A stretch of 64,000 nucleotides of DNA. It comes from Mytilus edulis. Its lineage: Eukaryota. Positions within the stretch are counted from its first letter, which is position 1, and every line of letters starts with the position of its first letter. The DNA lies in contig NC_092347.1 in NCBI RefSeq assembly GCF_963676685.1, forward strand, positions 26,970,001 to 27,034,000, in the 5' to 3' direction. Positions 26,201 to 40,734 of this stretch are shown here, one piece after another. A program made the position numbers and the translations under genes. The notes below the pieces were generated by a model. That model had not been told where the DNA came from, searched no databases, and saw only the letters and a program-made list of their open reading frames with translations.

Positions 26201-26660
26201 AAAAGTGCTACTATTATATTTTGTTTCGAAATCATGCTCTTTCATGAAGTCATTGACACAGGTCTTCCTTTGTGATCATGTTGGACCATTTACAATATCC
26301 TCGTTTAAGTCTCCTCCAATAATTATTTGGTGTGATTGTTGATACGTACTGACTATTTCATGTCACTGAGCAATGCAGTCTTGAAAATCACTAGTCTAAG
26401 GTGTTGAGATGATCCTTTACAAGGCAAGTATACAGAGAGAATAATTAAATTAGGATCACTAGTGACTTCTATTCCTTGAATTCTTTCGTTACCTATTGTT
26501 AATGGTGAAATTATTATAGAGTCTAAATCTTTTTTTCCATAATATAGCTATGCCCCCATAACCTCTAGGCATCTGTGTAGCAGGGATGGGATCTAATGAG
26601 TCAACTGCCTTGCCGACACCAGTAAGCTTGTCACTTATTTCATTTAGCATCGATAACTGT
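23290..26660 (-). mobile_element. Degenerate non-LTR retrotransposon (APE endonuclease + RT, RTEX-like)
   Basis: SDHYPI endonuclease end, AISCLNRNKAAD, LDGKSAF, QGVRQGG, APTCADD. Multiple frameshifts. Ends in a (GATACA)n tail. Confidence 0.85.
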
Positions 26661-27005
26661 TCCGTTTCTCACTTTACCGGGACCCGAAATGGGTTTTTGA
26701 ATGCTATGCCTAGTAGCAATAGAAAGGGATTAAGGGCAGCCATCCTTCTGTAAATTACTTTTCCTAAACAAAAACATTTCAAATAGAAAAATTGTGAATT
26801 TATACTCTAATCCGTTTACTGGAGCTGGTGGTCCTATATTTATAGGACGGATCTTCTACAAGACAAGACAAAACAAGATGGTCTGTTAATGTGCAGTCTC
26901 ATTTAAAATTATCCCTGAAAATGTCTTAAACAAACAAAAAATGTTTTAGGATATAAATAAATACATACTTTATGAATACCCTAAAGTTTTTCCCCGTGTG
27001 AAACA

Positions 27006-27875
27006 TGTTACCTGTTACCTGTTACCTTCTGTAGATCCCTCCTCTATCAAGAGAACCTGGAGTTCATCCAGTAAAATTTTGTTGCCTTATATTTACATCT
27101 GTTTCCAGTCACTATACATTTATCTTTAAAATTTTTTATCTATTTACAGCCTATGAGTTTGGTAAACCTTACAACTTTTAAATGTTTATTTACTTTCAAG
27201 GAGCACACTACGCTTTTCATGGAGCGAGTAACACAGGCTTCTATAGTGATTGATTCCACCAAATTTATGTCATTTTTCTCCAACACATGATACCACTCGA
27301 AACGACTACAGTCCAAGATTAATTGTATCATTTTCGAGTTACTAACGCAAATGTCAGTCCATGCAACAGTTCCAATCTTTGGTACAACAATTGTATAAAG
27401 CTTTGAGATAAAAATGTCTCTAATACTTGTTAGGGCAGAGCATACGACAAGAAAATGTTCTAAATGTTCAGTTCCTTCCTCACATAGCGGACAAATTGAA
27501 GTTTTTTGACCATTTGAAAATTTTGAACGGTGGTACTGTAGAATATATGTATCCAATAGCATTTTGATCTTATAACAGGCTTTACGTATACACATTTGTT
27601 CTGAACCAGCACTTTTCCATATGTCAAAGTTTACGGGAACCTGTGTGATTTTACGTAATGGCGGACAAATTTGCATACAAGTGTAAATACGTCTATTAAC
27701 AACACCAATTTTACAGTTTTTCATATTTAGGTACCGTAATGACGGTTTTGATTTGGCTTCAGTAAACAGTTTTTCGGACCAAAAGTTATCAATACACTTT
27801 TTTACTTTCATTTTCCACTTGTATTTTGTCTCTGGTTTAAGTAAAACTTCTGAGGCACACGGCAAGTTATATTGT
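27006..27875 (-). mobile_element. 5'-truncated LINE 3' fragment (RTEX-like)
   Basis: C-terminal zinc motif CPLCEEGTEHLEHFLVVC and a (GGTAACA)n tail at 27006-27027. Confidence 0.75.
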
Positions 27876-28480
27876 GCTCCGAGACGGAGGAATATATTTA
27901 GAAAAGACGATATTTACTAACATTATACATTCATTTCGCTTCCCGGTCTATTATTTTCCCACAGAAAAATTTATAAACTTGGCCATGTGGAGAAGAATTT
28001 AAATATTTAAAAATCAAAACCACTTGAAGTATTCTGACAAATACACCCTAGCGTAAGTATATAAAACTGTCATACCTTTGAAATAAAAAGAAAGTTAATT
28101 GAGTAAAAAGGCAATGAAATTGAAAATAACCTCTGACACTATAGTTTCATGTGCTCCATTAGTCCAAATGATTATGACGTCTGGCAAGGCTATTTTAATT
28201 TTTTCTCTGGGAGGAAGGCGTCCCAGAAAAAAATTAAAATAACCTTGGCAGACGTCATAAATATTTGGACTAGTGCCCCATCTAACCTCTGTCAAAACAA
28301 GTGGCTGTGATCCAAAGTCGCAGGAAGGTGTCACAGAAAAAAATAAAGGCCAAAAAATAAATAGCATTTCAAGGAGTCATAATTATTGTATATATATATT
28401 TGTAGCCTAGCCACAGGGGTTTGATACAATTTGCTGGGTGTATTAGAAATAGCTGAATTCATTTAATGTCAAAGAAATTT

Positions 28481-28636
28481 CAAGGGGCAGATCCAACCAT
28501 CTTTTAAAGGGGGTTCCCAAATCATGATAAAAAAGGGGGGTCCAACTATATGTCCCTATTCAACTGCATTGATCATATTGATCATCAGATATATAAGGGT
28601 GTTTCCACCGCCGGGACTACCCTGGATCCGTCACTG
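28481..28636. mobile_element. MITE of the CAG(G/T)GGCGGATCC family (degenerate)
   Basis: Termini CAAGGGGCAGATCC / GGATCCGTCACTG. Confidence 0.6.
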
Positions 28637-29829
28637 AATCCCTTGTAAAAACCATATTCATTATATTCAGCAACAATCAAGATTCTACTTTGTCAACATT
28701 ATCTCCCCGTTACACCACCATGACCACCTAATTTTTATAATCGTAAAAATGGAAGCCATATTTATATAGTGCTGTCACTTCCTGTTTCCATTTCTGCAAC
28801 CCCACAATATCCACGTCTATTGTATTTAAGTGTTGTTTTTGGTCTTTTTTTGTCATAAAGGCAGCACTTGACGTGGTATAACATGTCAACACATTAAACG
28901 ATTTCTTTGCCCTAACCAAAGTGTTGTTATCTTTTTATGGTTGTGACTAAAGTACATGTAGATCTGATCGTAGATAAAATGCAGACATCAGAATGTAATA
29001 AGATAGCTGAGTAGATAGATAAAATGTAGACCAAAGATTTAATAAATAGCTGAGTAGATAGATAAAATGTAGACCAAAGATTTAATAAATTAGCCGAGTA
29101 GTTAGATAAAATGCAGACGACAATTACTGAACATCAGCATGATCAGATTTCTGACTTAGGACAGGTGCTAACAAATGCAGGGGGTTTAAACATTTTAATA
29201 GGAACCAACCTTTACCCTTACCTGAAACAATAGTGTAAAATCACAACATACTAGAAAGACATAAAATATCAATTGAAATGGCTTAACTTAATCAAAAGAT
29301 ATATTATTAAAAAAAAAAAACATACACTGAACGAATAAATTTGATCTATGTCACAATGTAAATACACATCAATAAAAATATAAAGGTGTTAAATATTATC
29401 AGAAAGACAACAATAGCATTGAACAAAATGCTGCCAAGTAGAATAACGTAAATAGGTTAATAAAAATAATTTTGCTGTAAGGTCACACAGTCTTCACTCT
29501 TTACCACAAGTCCTAAGACATTGGCTTGTAAAATTGCATATGGGCTCGTAAAATTCTCCTAAAAGCCAACAAAATACAACCTTTTTTTCTTCAAAATTTG
29601 GAGCTTCTGGCTTGTGGATTTAAAAGTTAAGGGCGAAGGCAGAAGGTATACAATCATGGAGTACGGAAATATATTTTACATAACATTAATTTTGTTGTTC
29701 AAATTACGAGAACAGAAGTTATATTTGTTCACCAAGGACAGAACATTAATACTAGTCATGCTAGTAATTAACACATCATACTTTAAAGAAAATGCTTTCA
29801 TGTTTTTTTTAATTTCAGAAGAAGTTGAG

Positions 29830-32800
29830 ATGAATTGCATAAGAAGACGTCTGTTTCAGATGGCAAAATTGTCAAGAGGGAGACAACAGAATTTTAGAAA
29901 ACAGACATTGCTCCACAGTGAAGGAGGGAATACAATGATGTCAACTTCTTACTTCTATGACAGTGAACATGCTCCCTTAATTGAGAAAGATTATACACTA
30001 GACTCAGCAGATAAGCCTCTTTTAGAAGGACTATTTACTCCAGAGACAGCTGCTGAATATTTAAGTAACCTATCTGAAGAAGAGCAGAAAAAACTGCAAG
30101 CTTATAAACTGGAATATGAAGTTACCAGTAGTATTTCAACACAGGTAACAGTTAGTCCTTGTATATATACACATGGAAAAAAGTATTGCAACACCTTGAT
30201 TTTTAAAACTTGAAAAATCAGCCTCTTTTTTTGGATGAAATATAATAAAATATGTGTATAATATTATTGAAATATAGTTTATGATAACATTGGCATTGAA
30301 ACGAACAAAAAATATTTGAAAAAAAAATGATTTATACAACCACAATTTTAATAACAAAATGAAGTGTTTTTTGTACAAAAAAATGCATTTTACAACTTTT
30401 ACTGTCCATAGTCGAACTTTACAATGTCAGACATTTCAAAATTAATCTTTAGATGACTGTTCACATCATGGTTGATCGTTATACGCCAAAGAATTAGTAC
30501 TTTGTGCGCAGCCTCCATTCAAACAGATAACCGCATCTTAATGTCTTCTGATTCCTGTCATAAATCGACTAATTTGTTGCTAAGGTAGCAGCAACCATTT
30601 CTGATGAAGGGCATTGTTTATTTCATGATGTGTTTGAACTGGGGTGTCCTTTCGCGCACTTTCCGCCCAATAGTGTCCCATATATGCTCGATATGGTTCA
30701 AAGCTGGGCTACGATCAGGCCAAGTAAGATGAACCAAATTTCATTTGAACATTGGATCTTCCTCCACGATGCTAATTTCCAACTTTGGCATGCTCTGCAC
30801 TACATTGGATACGGAAAACTGTGTGTCTGTTCGTTAGCAAAGGTCTCCGAAATGGTCTTATCGCACGAAAACCAGTAGCTATGAGTTGATCTCGAACAGT
30901 TCTTGTTAAAAGGCTCCTGTATGGCCACCACTCTCTTTTTAGGATTGTCTTGTATGCAATGGGTTTCCTTCTGACCAACCTTCATTCTGCTTGATTTTCT
31001 CAGGCAAATGGTATAGGGGTCTTCATTATCTCGGAAGGGTTTTAACAGCGTTTATTGCCTGATTTTTATTCTCAAAACGACTTATAGTGGAATGGTGATG
31101 ACCAACAATACGTGCAGTTGTTACAGCGACATCCCTGCTTCTCTTATGCTGATAATCTGCCATCTTGCTGCAGTTAAGAGTTGTCAAGGACCCATTACAA
31201 GGTGTCAATCACATTTAAAAACTTGGTTATTTAAAGTGTTAAAAACAATGAGGGTAAAAACATCTGTTTTGTTGTTTATGGGTACAGTAGCTGCATGTGG
31301 AGATAAAAATTTATCGAGTCAATATTTATTGATTAAACGCAGGTGATACTTAAATGATGTTTAACTAGTTCTATTTTACCAAATTATATCACAAAAAGAT
31401 AAAGAGTGTTTTTTTAATTTCAATTTCAATTTGGTGTTGCAATACTTTTTTCCATGTGTATAGTTATAAGTCACATTTTTTTTATTCTTTGTAAATAGTT
31501 CTAAAACACAACTAATACTCCTTGATTAATTTTTATTCGACTGTAAACATTTTTTGTGGTCGTATATTGGTATGACGTTGGCGTCGTCGTCGTCCGAAGA
31601 CACATTGGTTTTCGCACTATAACTTTAGTATAAGTAAATAGAAATCTATGAAATGTAAACACAAGGTTTATGAACACAAAAGGAAGAATGGGATTGATTT
31701 TGGGAGTTTTGGTCCCAACAGTTTAGGAATTAGGGGCCAAAAAGGGGCCCAAATAAGCATTTTTCTTGGTTTTCGCACAATAACTTTAGTATAAGTAAAT
31801 AGAAATCTATGAAATATAAACACAAGGTTTATGACCATAAAAGGAAGGTTGGGATTGATTTTGGGAGTTTTGGTCTTAACAGTTTAGGAATAAGGGGCCC
31901 ACAGGGTCCAAAATTAGACTTTTCATCAAAAAATGAATAATTGGGGTTCTTTGATATGCTGAATCTAACCGTGTATGTAGATTCTTAATTTTTGGTCCCG
32001 TTTTCAAATTGGTCTACATTAAGGTCCAAAGGATCCAAAATTAAACTTTACAAAAATTGTATTCTTGGGGTTCTTTGATATGCTGAATCTAAACATGTAC
32101 TTAGATTTTTGATTATGGGCCCAGTTTTCAAGTTGGTCCAAATCGGGGTCCAAAATTAAACTTCGTTTGATTTCAACAAAAATTGAATTCTTGGGGTTCT
32201 TTGATATGCTGAATCCAAACATGTATTTAGATTTTTTATTATAGGCCCAGTTTTCAAGTTGGTCCAAATCGGGGTCCAAAATTAAACTTTGTTTGATTTC
32301 AACAAAAATTGAATATATGGGGTTCTTTGATATATGCTGAATCTAACCATGTATTTAGATTTTTGATGTTTTTTGGCCTGGTTATCAAATTGGTCCACAT
32401 TGAGGTCTAAAGGGTCCAAAATTGAACTTTATTTGATTTCATCAAAAATGGAGTTCTTGAGGTTCTTTGATATGCTGAATCTAACCATGTATTTAGATTT
32501 TGGATATTGGACCATAATAGGTAAATGTCCAATTTAAAATTTTTTAAAGTTTTTAAGTTTAAGTTCTTAGACCCCATTCATTCTGTGTCAGAAACCTATG
32601 TTGTGTCAACTATTTAATCACAATCCAAATTCAGAGCTGTATCAAGCTTGAATGTTGTGTCCATACTTGCCCCAACTGTTCAGGGTTCAACCTCTGCGGT
32701 CGTATAAAGCTGCACCCTGCGGAGCATCTGGTTTCTTTCTATGAATGTATTTCAAATATTGTAAGTGAATGTCATCCTGGTATTTTTTCCTGTATACAGT

Positions 32801-35800
32801 GGATTCATTTATTATCGTTGGTATCAGGGGTGGATCCAGGATTTTGGAAAGGAGGGGTGCAGTTTTTAAATTTGCCGACGTGAGCGAGGCGAAAAATTTT
32901 TGGGACATTTTTTTGGCTAAAAACATGAAATAAGTGTAATATGCATTTATGTTGTGTAGTTCCTGAAAAGTGTTAAGGGTTGGACATTTTCAATGCTGTA
33001 TTCTCCCTATATATATTAATTGCCTATCATAAAATGATAGTACGGATTTAAAGCTATTTACTGATAAATTTGATGTGGGACTTTTCAGTAAAAAAAGACA
33101 TGGAAAATTCTCGCTGGTTTGTTGTAAGTTAAGTTATCATAACCTCACAGATTTCTTGTTGTAAACAAGATATAAGTCGGGCTATTCGATGAAATTTACA
33201 ATACGACGGACACGAGCTAAAAAAGACAAGCAAGCAATATTTATCCAAATGTTTGGTTGATATGTTTCACCCAACAAAATTAAGGGATGTGATGGATTCC
33301 AAATCAACCAAAAGCTACGAATGAGTCTGAAATCATCAGACAACCAATATATGAATTAATGACGGTCGAAAAATGAAGACATAAAGGCTACTTTCAGCAG
33401 GCAGGTTACAGTCTGGTCTTGAAAAATGTATTCAATATATCAGTTCCGCGAAACAGACATTCCGGTCAGACATTCAAACCCCAGCCAAAAAGAATATACG
33501 CTCGTTTGTATTCATCATGTTCATTTAATGCTTAATAATTCTGTTGGATATTCGTTTCTAATAGCAAAAAAATGGACAAGATTATTGTTTTCAATCCAGA
33601 TACGGCCAGAATTTTTGTTTAATGCAAAAATCAATGTCAATTTTTAATCTCTCAAATATCTCAGACTGCCTCCTCAAATCAAATGTTTCGTTCCTTATAC
33701 TTTAAATCTATCTAGAGCTTATACCATGTATACTGACTGGGGAACATTATTCAGTTATAACATTATTTTAAAATAGGATGCCGATCATGGGGCGTTACGA
33801 GTAACAGTTTAACATGTTTTCGTAGGTATTTCTAAATAATATTGCTGGGGAATTTTTTTTCATGAGAGTGTACTAATATAGAGTATTAATGTTTGGCGGA
33901 CTAATGAAATAGAAGTCAATACATTCTTGCTCTATCCTGTGTCGCCTTGAAGGTGTTAAAATTGTCATGCTCAGCCTAAGCAATTTGTGACAGTAATTTA
34001 AATTTCAAAATGACTGAGAGACGTTTTTTCGATGCACTGGTCAATTCCACCTTAGTGAATTACATGACTTTCAGTTAGTATATACCAGCGAAAAATATCT
34101 TTATAAGTAAAGAATTGTCACATAAAATAAATACACAGGAAATGGGAAAGTTCACGTCGTCTAGTCTGATTAATCATTTTACAAAAAAAAAAAAAAAAAG
34201 TCCAAGCAAAGGGTATGCCCTCTATGCCCCCCTCTGGATCTGCCACTGGGTATTAATTTTAGTGGATTGCTGAAAACTTGCATATTCATGGATACTTGAT
34301 TTCGTGGTTTTGACAATCTCTTTATACAAAGCCTATTGAAAATATGTTATTCGGTGTATGTTTGAATTCGTGGTTCAACAAAACCTATTGAAAATATGTT
34401 ATTCGGTGTACGTTTGAATTTGTGGTTCAACTGTACACATGAAACCCAAGAAAAATTGGTATCCAATGAATAATAATGAATCCACAGTAATAAATTTCGT
34501 TTTTTATCACTGTATTCTGTGAGGAAAGAGGTAAGAGAGCATGTAAAAATATGGATTGTGAAATGTGCAAAGGTATTTCAAAACTTCAGTTTACAGTACT
34601 ATATATGTTTACTTAATACTTATATTAGCATGCTTAGGGTTAAGTTTACACATATATGTCACTATTATCCCTTGTTATATATCAACAGATTTTAAAGAGT
34701 GTACCTAGGATTTGGTTTATAACAGGTTTCCCTGTTGCATTGGGATCAGATTACATGTTACACAGGGTTTGGGCTATACAGGTTTTCATGGTAACCAAAG
34801 CCAGTGTTCAGTTGGTACAAGTTTTTAATGTTATTCAGGGTTTGGGCAATACTGGTTTCCATGTTACCCAGTGTTGGTAAATACATGTACATGTTTTCAT
34901 GTTATCCACAGTTCAGTGGATACTTGTTTACCCAGTGTTTGATATTAACACAGGTTTTCATGCTATCCACGGTTTTGGCAATACTGGTTTCCATGTTTAA
35001 GTTACCTGTAGAAAGTGTTCGTTTAATACAGCTTTTATGTTCCCAAGTGTTTGGTTTAATACAGCTTTTATGTTCCCAAGTGTTTGGTTTAAACAAGTTT
35101 TTATGTTATCCATGGTTTGGTTGATACAGAATTCCATGTTACCCAGTGTTGGTTAATACAGGTTTACAAATGTACAAATGACCCAGGGTTTGGTTAAAAC
35201 AGGTTTTCATATTATCTTTAGTTCATTTGTACTGGTTTCCATAATCACAATCATTCAGTTAGCATTCCATAACCTATATAAAAAATGTATAATACATTGA
35301 GAGAACTTTATTGAGCTCAAATTATACCCATAAGAGCATGAAAAGGGTCACATACTATAATTTTCATCAAATGCCCCATTTTCCTCAAATCCCTAGACCC
35401 TTAAGAAACATGTATTTACATGGACATTGGTTAGTTTGAATTTATTTGTTTAATTATAGTTAAGTACATTACATGTATGTTTCATTATAATACATTATTT
35501 TGATTGGTTTACCGTACAGCAATCTCACTTCATTCTGAAAGTACTGTGAATTCATTAATTTTCATGGGTACCAATTTTCGTAGATTGAAAAAAACTTGCA
35601 TTTTCATGGATATTTGGTTTCGTGGTTATGCTGACCTGTTCATACAAAGCCTTTAGAAATTTTTTGTAATTCGTTGAACATTTGAATTCGTGGTTCACAT
35701 GTATCCAGGAAATCCATGAAAATTGGTATCAAACGAATAATAATGAATGCACAGTAACCTTCATTTCCAAATAAATGTAACATTCATGATCATCATGATG

Positions 35801-37634
35801 ACAAGAGTTTCTATAATAAAGTGCAAAGGGATAAATGATAGAAAAACTTCATAGAAACCATGTTTTCATGATCCTATCAAAGAAATGTAATTGTAAATAT
35901 TGAATACTTCTTGAAGTAATTTTATAGAGTTTTAAAAGTTGACCCTGCGTGCATTTTTAGAATGAAGCGCTTCCGTGCTTCATACAAAATTCAATCTTAT
36001 TTGTTATTGAAGTAATATTTATCTTGTATGTTATTGTAGGCACCTATAGAAATGAGAGACGAATGGTGGGCACAGTTGTTAATGACTGGACATTCTTCAT
36101 CAAGACGGAAAAACTTGTTGCGTTTCTTTCAAAAAAAGGAAAATGCAAAGTTAGTAAGAGCAAAGAAGAAAGTGGAAAATGAGAAAAAGATGGAGATACA
36201 TGATGCAGAAAAAAAAATTATGATGGGAGATCTATTGTACAATCCAATTAAGAGAAATACTATTCATTTAAAGATCTTAAGACAAACCATGGTTCATCAA
36301 ACGGATTCTAAACTAGCACAATCTATGATATTTGGTAGACCATTCGTTGTTGATATGAGCTATGAACCATACATGGGAATTAAAGAGAAGAACAGTTGTG
36401 TAGATCAATTACTTAATGGTTATGGTGCCAATAGATCTAGAAATGAACCTAGTGATCTCATATTTACCAACTGGATTCATGATAGCTTTATCTTTAAAAA
36501 GCTCAACTTTATTCAAAAAGAGCGATCTGCTTACCCTACCTTAATGATGAAATGTACTGAACAGAATTATGTGGATCTATTCCCAAAGGAAAGACTGGTA
36601 TATCTGTCACCACACTCACCTTTTGAGTTAACACACGATGACCCAGACAACATCTACATAATGGGAGGATACGTTGACTTGGGTGGCGGCAAGCAAGGAC
36701 AAAAACCAGTATCCTATGCTAAAGCTAAGCAAGAAAAAATTAGAAGTTGCAGACTCCCCTTAGATAAATATTGTGTGTAAGTTTAAGTTTGTGTGAGTCA
36801 TTTAAGAACCTCAAACAGAAATTGTGTTACCATCCTTTTCTTGAATTTCTCTAATAGACTGTTGAATAAATGTGAATACAATCCAGGTAAACTCGTAAGA
36901 GAGTCACACTATCTCTTTTTGATAAACATGATAAAGAGCTACTGAACAAAACACAACTAAAATGAAATGTGATCAGTATTTTGCATGTGAGTTCATAATA
37001 TAATGAAATTGAGAATGGAAACGGGGAAAGTGTCTAAGAGACAAAAACCAGACCAAATAGAAGAAAACAGCCCAAGGCTACCAATGGGTCTTCCACACAG
37101 TAAGAAAATCCTGTACCTCAAAAGGCAGGTCTCAGCTGGCCCTTAAACAAAAATGTATACCATGTATACTGATTCACACTATCATAGAAAAAGGAAGTCA
37201 CACTAAAATCCAAAACATAAATGAACCAAAATGAAAAAAAACAAACTTGCATGACTTACAAGACTAAAATTGGCCGTATGTTCCTGATGCAAAAATGCAG
37301 GGGGATTTAACATGTTTTGTGAGATGTCAAATCCCCCCAAACCCATAGCCAATGTAGAACTTATGTATTTTTATGCTTATTTGTGATGGGGGAAAGGAGT
37401 TAAATGTAGAATTTATGTATTTATATGCTTATTTGTAGATGGGGTACAGGAGTAAAGTCCTTAACCTTGAACCAAGTGATGAATATAATGTATGAATTTA
37501 TTGATACAAAAGACTGGAGCAGAGCATTTGAGCATGTGCCACGCAGGAAGTTACAAAGAGATGCGGATTTACGGGAACATTTATACAAAAAGCAGCAGAA
37601 AATGAATCGTGTCAACAGACGTCAATTCTTATGA
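29830..37634 (+). CDS. TRMT10C: tRNA methyltransferase 10 homolog C / mitochondrial RNase P protein 1; exons 29830-30144, 36040-36776, 37439-37634 (415 aa)
   Basis: Phase-consistent GT-AG introns, 1248 nt total. SPOUT Trm10 motifs FGRPFVVDMSY, LFPKERLVYLSPHS, IYIMGGYVD, RLPLDKY, WGTGVKSLTLNQV, W..AFEHVPRRK. Arg-rich N-terminus. AATAAA at ~37785. Confidence 0.9.
30170..31458 (-). mobile_element. Internally deleted Tc1/mariner element in TRMT10C intron
   Basis: Perfect 26-bp TIR CACATGGAAAAAAGTATTGCAACACC and TA TSD. Transposase remnants GHHHSTISR, RTVR..L...GFRA.RP.RRPLLT.RH and WPDRSPALNHIEHIWD. The middle of the DDE core is missing. Confidence 0.9.
31530..32735 (+). mobile_element. Helentron-associated (HINE/DINE-1-like) element with internal tandem repeats
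   Basis: Subterminal IR TTTATTCGACTGTA / TGCGGTCGTATAAA, (CGT)n microsatellite, ~120-140-bp tandem units, short GC-rich 3' end, T-rich flanks. Confidence 0.7.
32797..34487. mobile_element. TA-flanked MITE (C.GTGGATTCATT termini) hosting a nested insertion; related copy at ~35544-35754
   Basis: TA-CAGTGGATTCATT ... AATGAATCCACAG-TA. Confidence 0.7.
32825..34248. mobile_element. 1.4-kb non-autonomous DNA transposon, 5-bp TSD GGTAT
   Basis: CAGGGGTGGATCCAG ... CTGGATCTGCCACTG, with GGTAT on both sides. Confidence 0.75.
34705..35245. repeat. Degenerate ~32-bp minisatellite
   Basis: Recurring GGTTTAATACAGGTTTTCATGTTACCCAGTGTT-like unit. Confidence 0.7.
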
Positions 37635-38227
37635 CCAGACATTATGCCAGATGTCCTCCGAGTATATGGATGATGAGACACAGAACAATAGTTGTATTAT
37701 TAGTGGTTTCTTATGACCATTATCAAAACTTCTTGTAAATACAATTTACATACTTGTTTACTGTTATCAAGTGTGAGTGTTAATAATAAAAACAAAGCAT
37801 GTATTAAATAGTATTACCAGTTTTTCTGACTAAATTTTTTATTATTTGATGAAGAGAAATAGGATAAACAATTATGAATGCACGTCAGACAACTATAATG
37901 ATAGATATCAGGCAAACTTTTTTGTAAGCCAGAAACACATTTTATCTACAAAAGACTCATCAGTGACACCGAATCAAAAACTTTTAAAACAAGAGCGTAA
38001 AGGAACAAAAATTTTAAAAGATTTTGCCAAACTCAGTTAAGGTAATCCAATCCTTGGGTAACTTGTATCAAAGGTAGAGTTATTATATTCCTTAAAAATT
38101 TAAATAAAACACTTATATTTCTTTCAGTTAATTAAAACCCTTTTTTCTATTTTCTTGAACATCTTTTTACTAGTCTGTGATTTTGGAAAGATTTGAAGAG
38201 GAGATGATGATAAGTACCCTAACTTAA

Positions 38228-38611
38228 GGAAGTTCACTGCTCAGTTTCAAAATAAATAGCTTACCATAACACAAGAATATATTGATAGGGGATAAATTGA
38301 GGAATCAAAAAAGCAAAATAAATAGGGGTCAATGTGCTTTTTTTGGATATAAGCAATTGGAATTTTGGCAAGCAAATATTCTCTCAATTTTTCATAGCTT
38401 TATCATTGACAAGTTTAAGTTCTCAAAAACTATTAAAAAATGAATAGGATTTTATAAGACTTTTACAAATGGCTTATAATTATACATGTAAAAGATTTAT
38501 AAAAAGAAAAATGGGGGTCCATGGGCAAATTTTTTTAAGGCATTCAAATGGATAAAACCAGAGGATTTCGCAAATCGGACAAAAATTCCAAAACATGACA
38601 AGCAAACATCC
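38228..38611. mobile_element. Degenerate TTAA-targeting MITE (Kolobok-like)
   Basis: TTAA-GGAAGTTCACT ... AGCAAACATCC-TTAG. Confidence 0.5.
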
Positions 38612-39299
38612 TTAGTTTTCTCGTTTCAATTGTTTTACATTGTCATATCAGGGCCTTTAATAGCTGACTAATGCGGTATGGGCTTTGCTTATTGTTGAAG
38701 CCGTACGGTAACCTATAGTTGTTAGTGTTATTTTGGATTCTTGTGGATCGTTGTTTCATTGGCAATCATAAAACATCTTTTTTATATTAAGTTTGAATAT
38801 TGGTTTTTTGTTTGGAATTTTTTTGACTGTTTTTTCCAATGGAAACAAAACGTTATTCAATTGGAGACATATGTACTGGACATGTGACTGAAAACAGTTT
38901 CCATGCAATACCTAATGAACTGTACATTTATTCTTTCAAATTTTAATAGGATTTTACTGATGACAAATCGGAAGTCAAGCTTGATATTGACTATTTTCAC
39001 TTGCATATAATGACATTTCAATGCAACACTTAACTGTTCAACCAACATGACCAATGCCTATAAATTTGAATGATGTAAATATTGAAAAAAAAATGGAGTT
39101 CCAAGTTCCAGAAGGGTTGGTCCCTGAGAGATTAGAATCTGGCACTCTTTTCCATTCAATAACTTATATACCATTTAACCCATGCCTTTCAAAATTTTTA
39201 TATATCGTTTCTGCAGAAAAAAAGGTGCAATCCCTAAAATGTTGTATCTGTAATATAAAGGTTTTACTACAGATTCAATAAACTAAACATTATAAATGT

Positions 39300-39880
39300 T
39301 TATGAAAATGAGGTCACAGTCAGATGAACCATACTAGACATTTTCACTTAAAAATCATTTCACACACCAGATATAGTGGTCCTATCCCTCATAGTACCTG
39401 AGAATCAGAAAGAACCACAAAATATCAACATTGACCAATGGATTATCACGAGGTCAAGAACGTATAAACCTTGCAAGACAGACATGTATAACTTACAATA
39501 ATTCTACACACAAAATGCAGTTGACCTATTATAGTATTTGATAAACTGACAAAACTTTGAAAATTTATCATGGACCAATAAACCATGAGAATAAGGTCAC
39601 TGTCCTATTAACACTGCCAGACAGACATGTTCACTTATCAATCATTACAGACACCAATTATAATTGACCTATTGCTTATGGTATCTTTAGAAAAAGACCA
39701 AACCACAAAACTGAACAAGTGTTCAATGAACCATGAAATTGAGGTTAAGATCTGATGAAACCTGCCAGTCAGACATGTACTTGACAATCATTCTATACAC
39801 CAAATATAGTTGACCTTATGCTTATAGTATCTGAGAAACAGACTTGAGTAAGTAACTTTAACCTTGATCACTGACATACA
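39300..39880. repeat. Degenerate ~150-bp satellite-like array (related pieces at ~40530-40730 and 41300-41520)
   Basis: Recurring GAGGTCA..CCAGACAGACATGTA..ACAATCATT..CACCAAATATAGTTGACC. Confidence 0.65.
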
Positions 39881-40734
39881 GCACAGTAAAAATGACATAG
39901 TTCAACTATCTCCCAATAGAGCAAATACTAATAAAAACCAAGACCCTGACTACATGCACACCTCCAATATGTGCAAACAGCTTGACCATTTTGTCTACAA
40001 AAAACTCGTCTGTGACACTGAATAAAACATGTTTACACATAATGGGACTGACAGACTAAAACAACAGGGCTGCAAAACCAAAAAAACTGAAATGTTTTTC
40101 AAGCAGTTGCTGAATCCTGATATAAATATTTGGATTATATTGAATACAAATATCACTCTGTGCTTGAGATAATGATAATCATAAACTAAGAGAAAATAAA
40201 AGCATATTTTAAATATTTTATTTAAAGAATTAATATCATTTATCATGTTCATTGAATTTCATTTCTTAAAAAGAATTTAACGAAGGAAATTTCTTCAATA
40301 AAATATGAATAATACATCAACATTACATATGAATGTACCTATTTACAAAATATTTAAAGGCATTTGAAAAGCAGGAAAGGATACCGCAAGACAAATCTTT
40401 ATATGTAAAATATATGGTAAGAAATACATGTTTCACTTAACAAAGGAAGAGTACACATGATGAAATGTCTCACCTGCTTTATTGATTATACTTGACTTTA
40501 TGTTGCGAGTTTTTAAGAGAAAAGAGTTTACCTTGTATTACCCAAACTTAACATAATCAATGAACTCTGTAAATAAGGTCAAGGTCAAATGCACCCTACC
40601 AGACAAATTTGTACACTAACAATCATCCCGTACATCAAATATATTATATTGAGAAACTAACATAACCGTGAAAACTTAACATTTACCAATGAACCATCAA
40701 ACTGAGGTCATAGTCGCATGAAACTGACATTTAA

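Noticed and set aside
27940-28058. Possible first exon of TRMT10C (donor GTAAGT at 28053, short ATG-initiated uORF)
   Set aside because: Plausible 5'-UTR exon but unsupported without transcript data.
29614-29829. N-terminal extension of ORF 29614-30213
   Set aside because: Intronic read-through upstream of the TTTCAG acceptor at ~29818. The ORF tail past 30144 runs into the intron and the Tc1 TIR.
35993-36039. Possible duplicated acceptor before TRMT10C exon 2 (ATCTTATTTGTTATTGAAG vs ATCTTGTATGTTATTGTAG)
   Set aside because: Too short and AT-rich to separate from chance.
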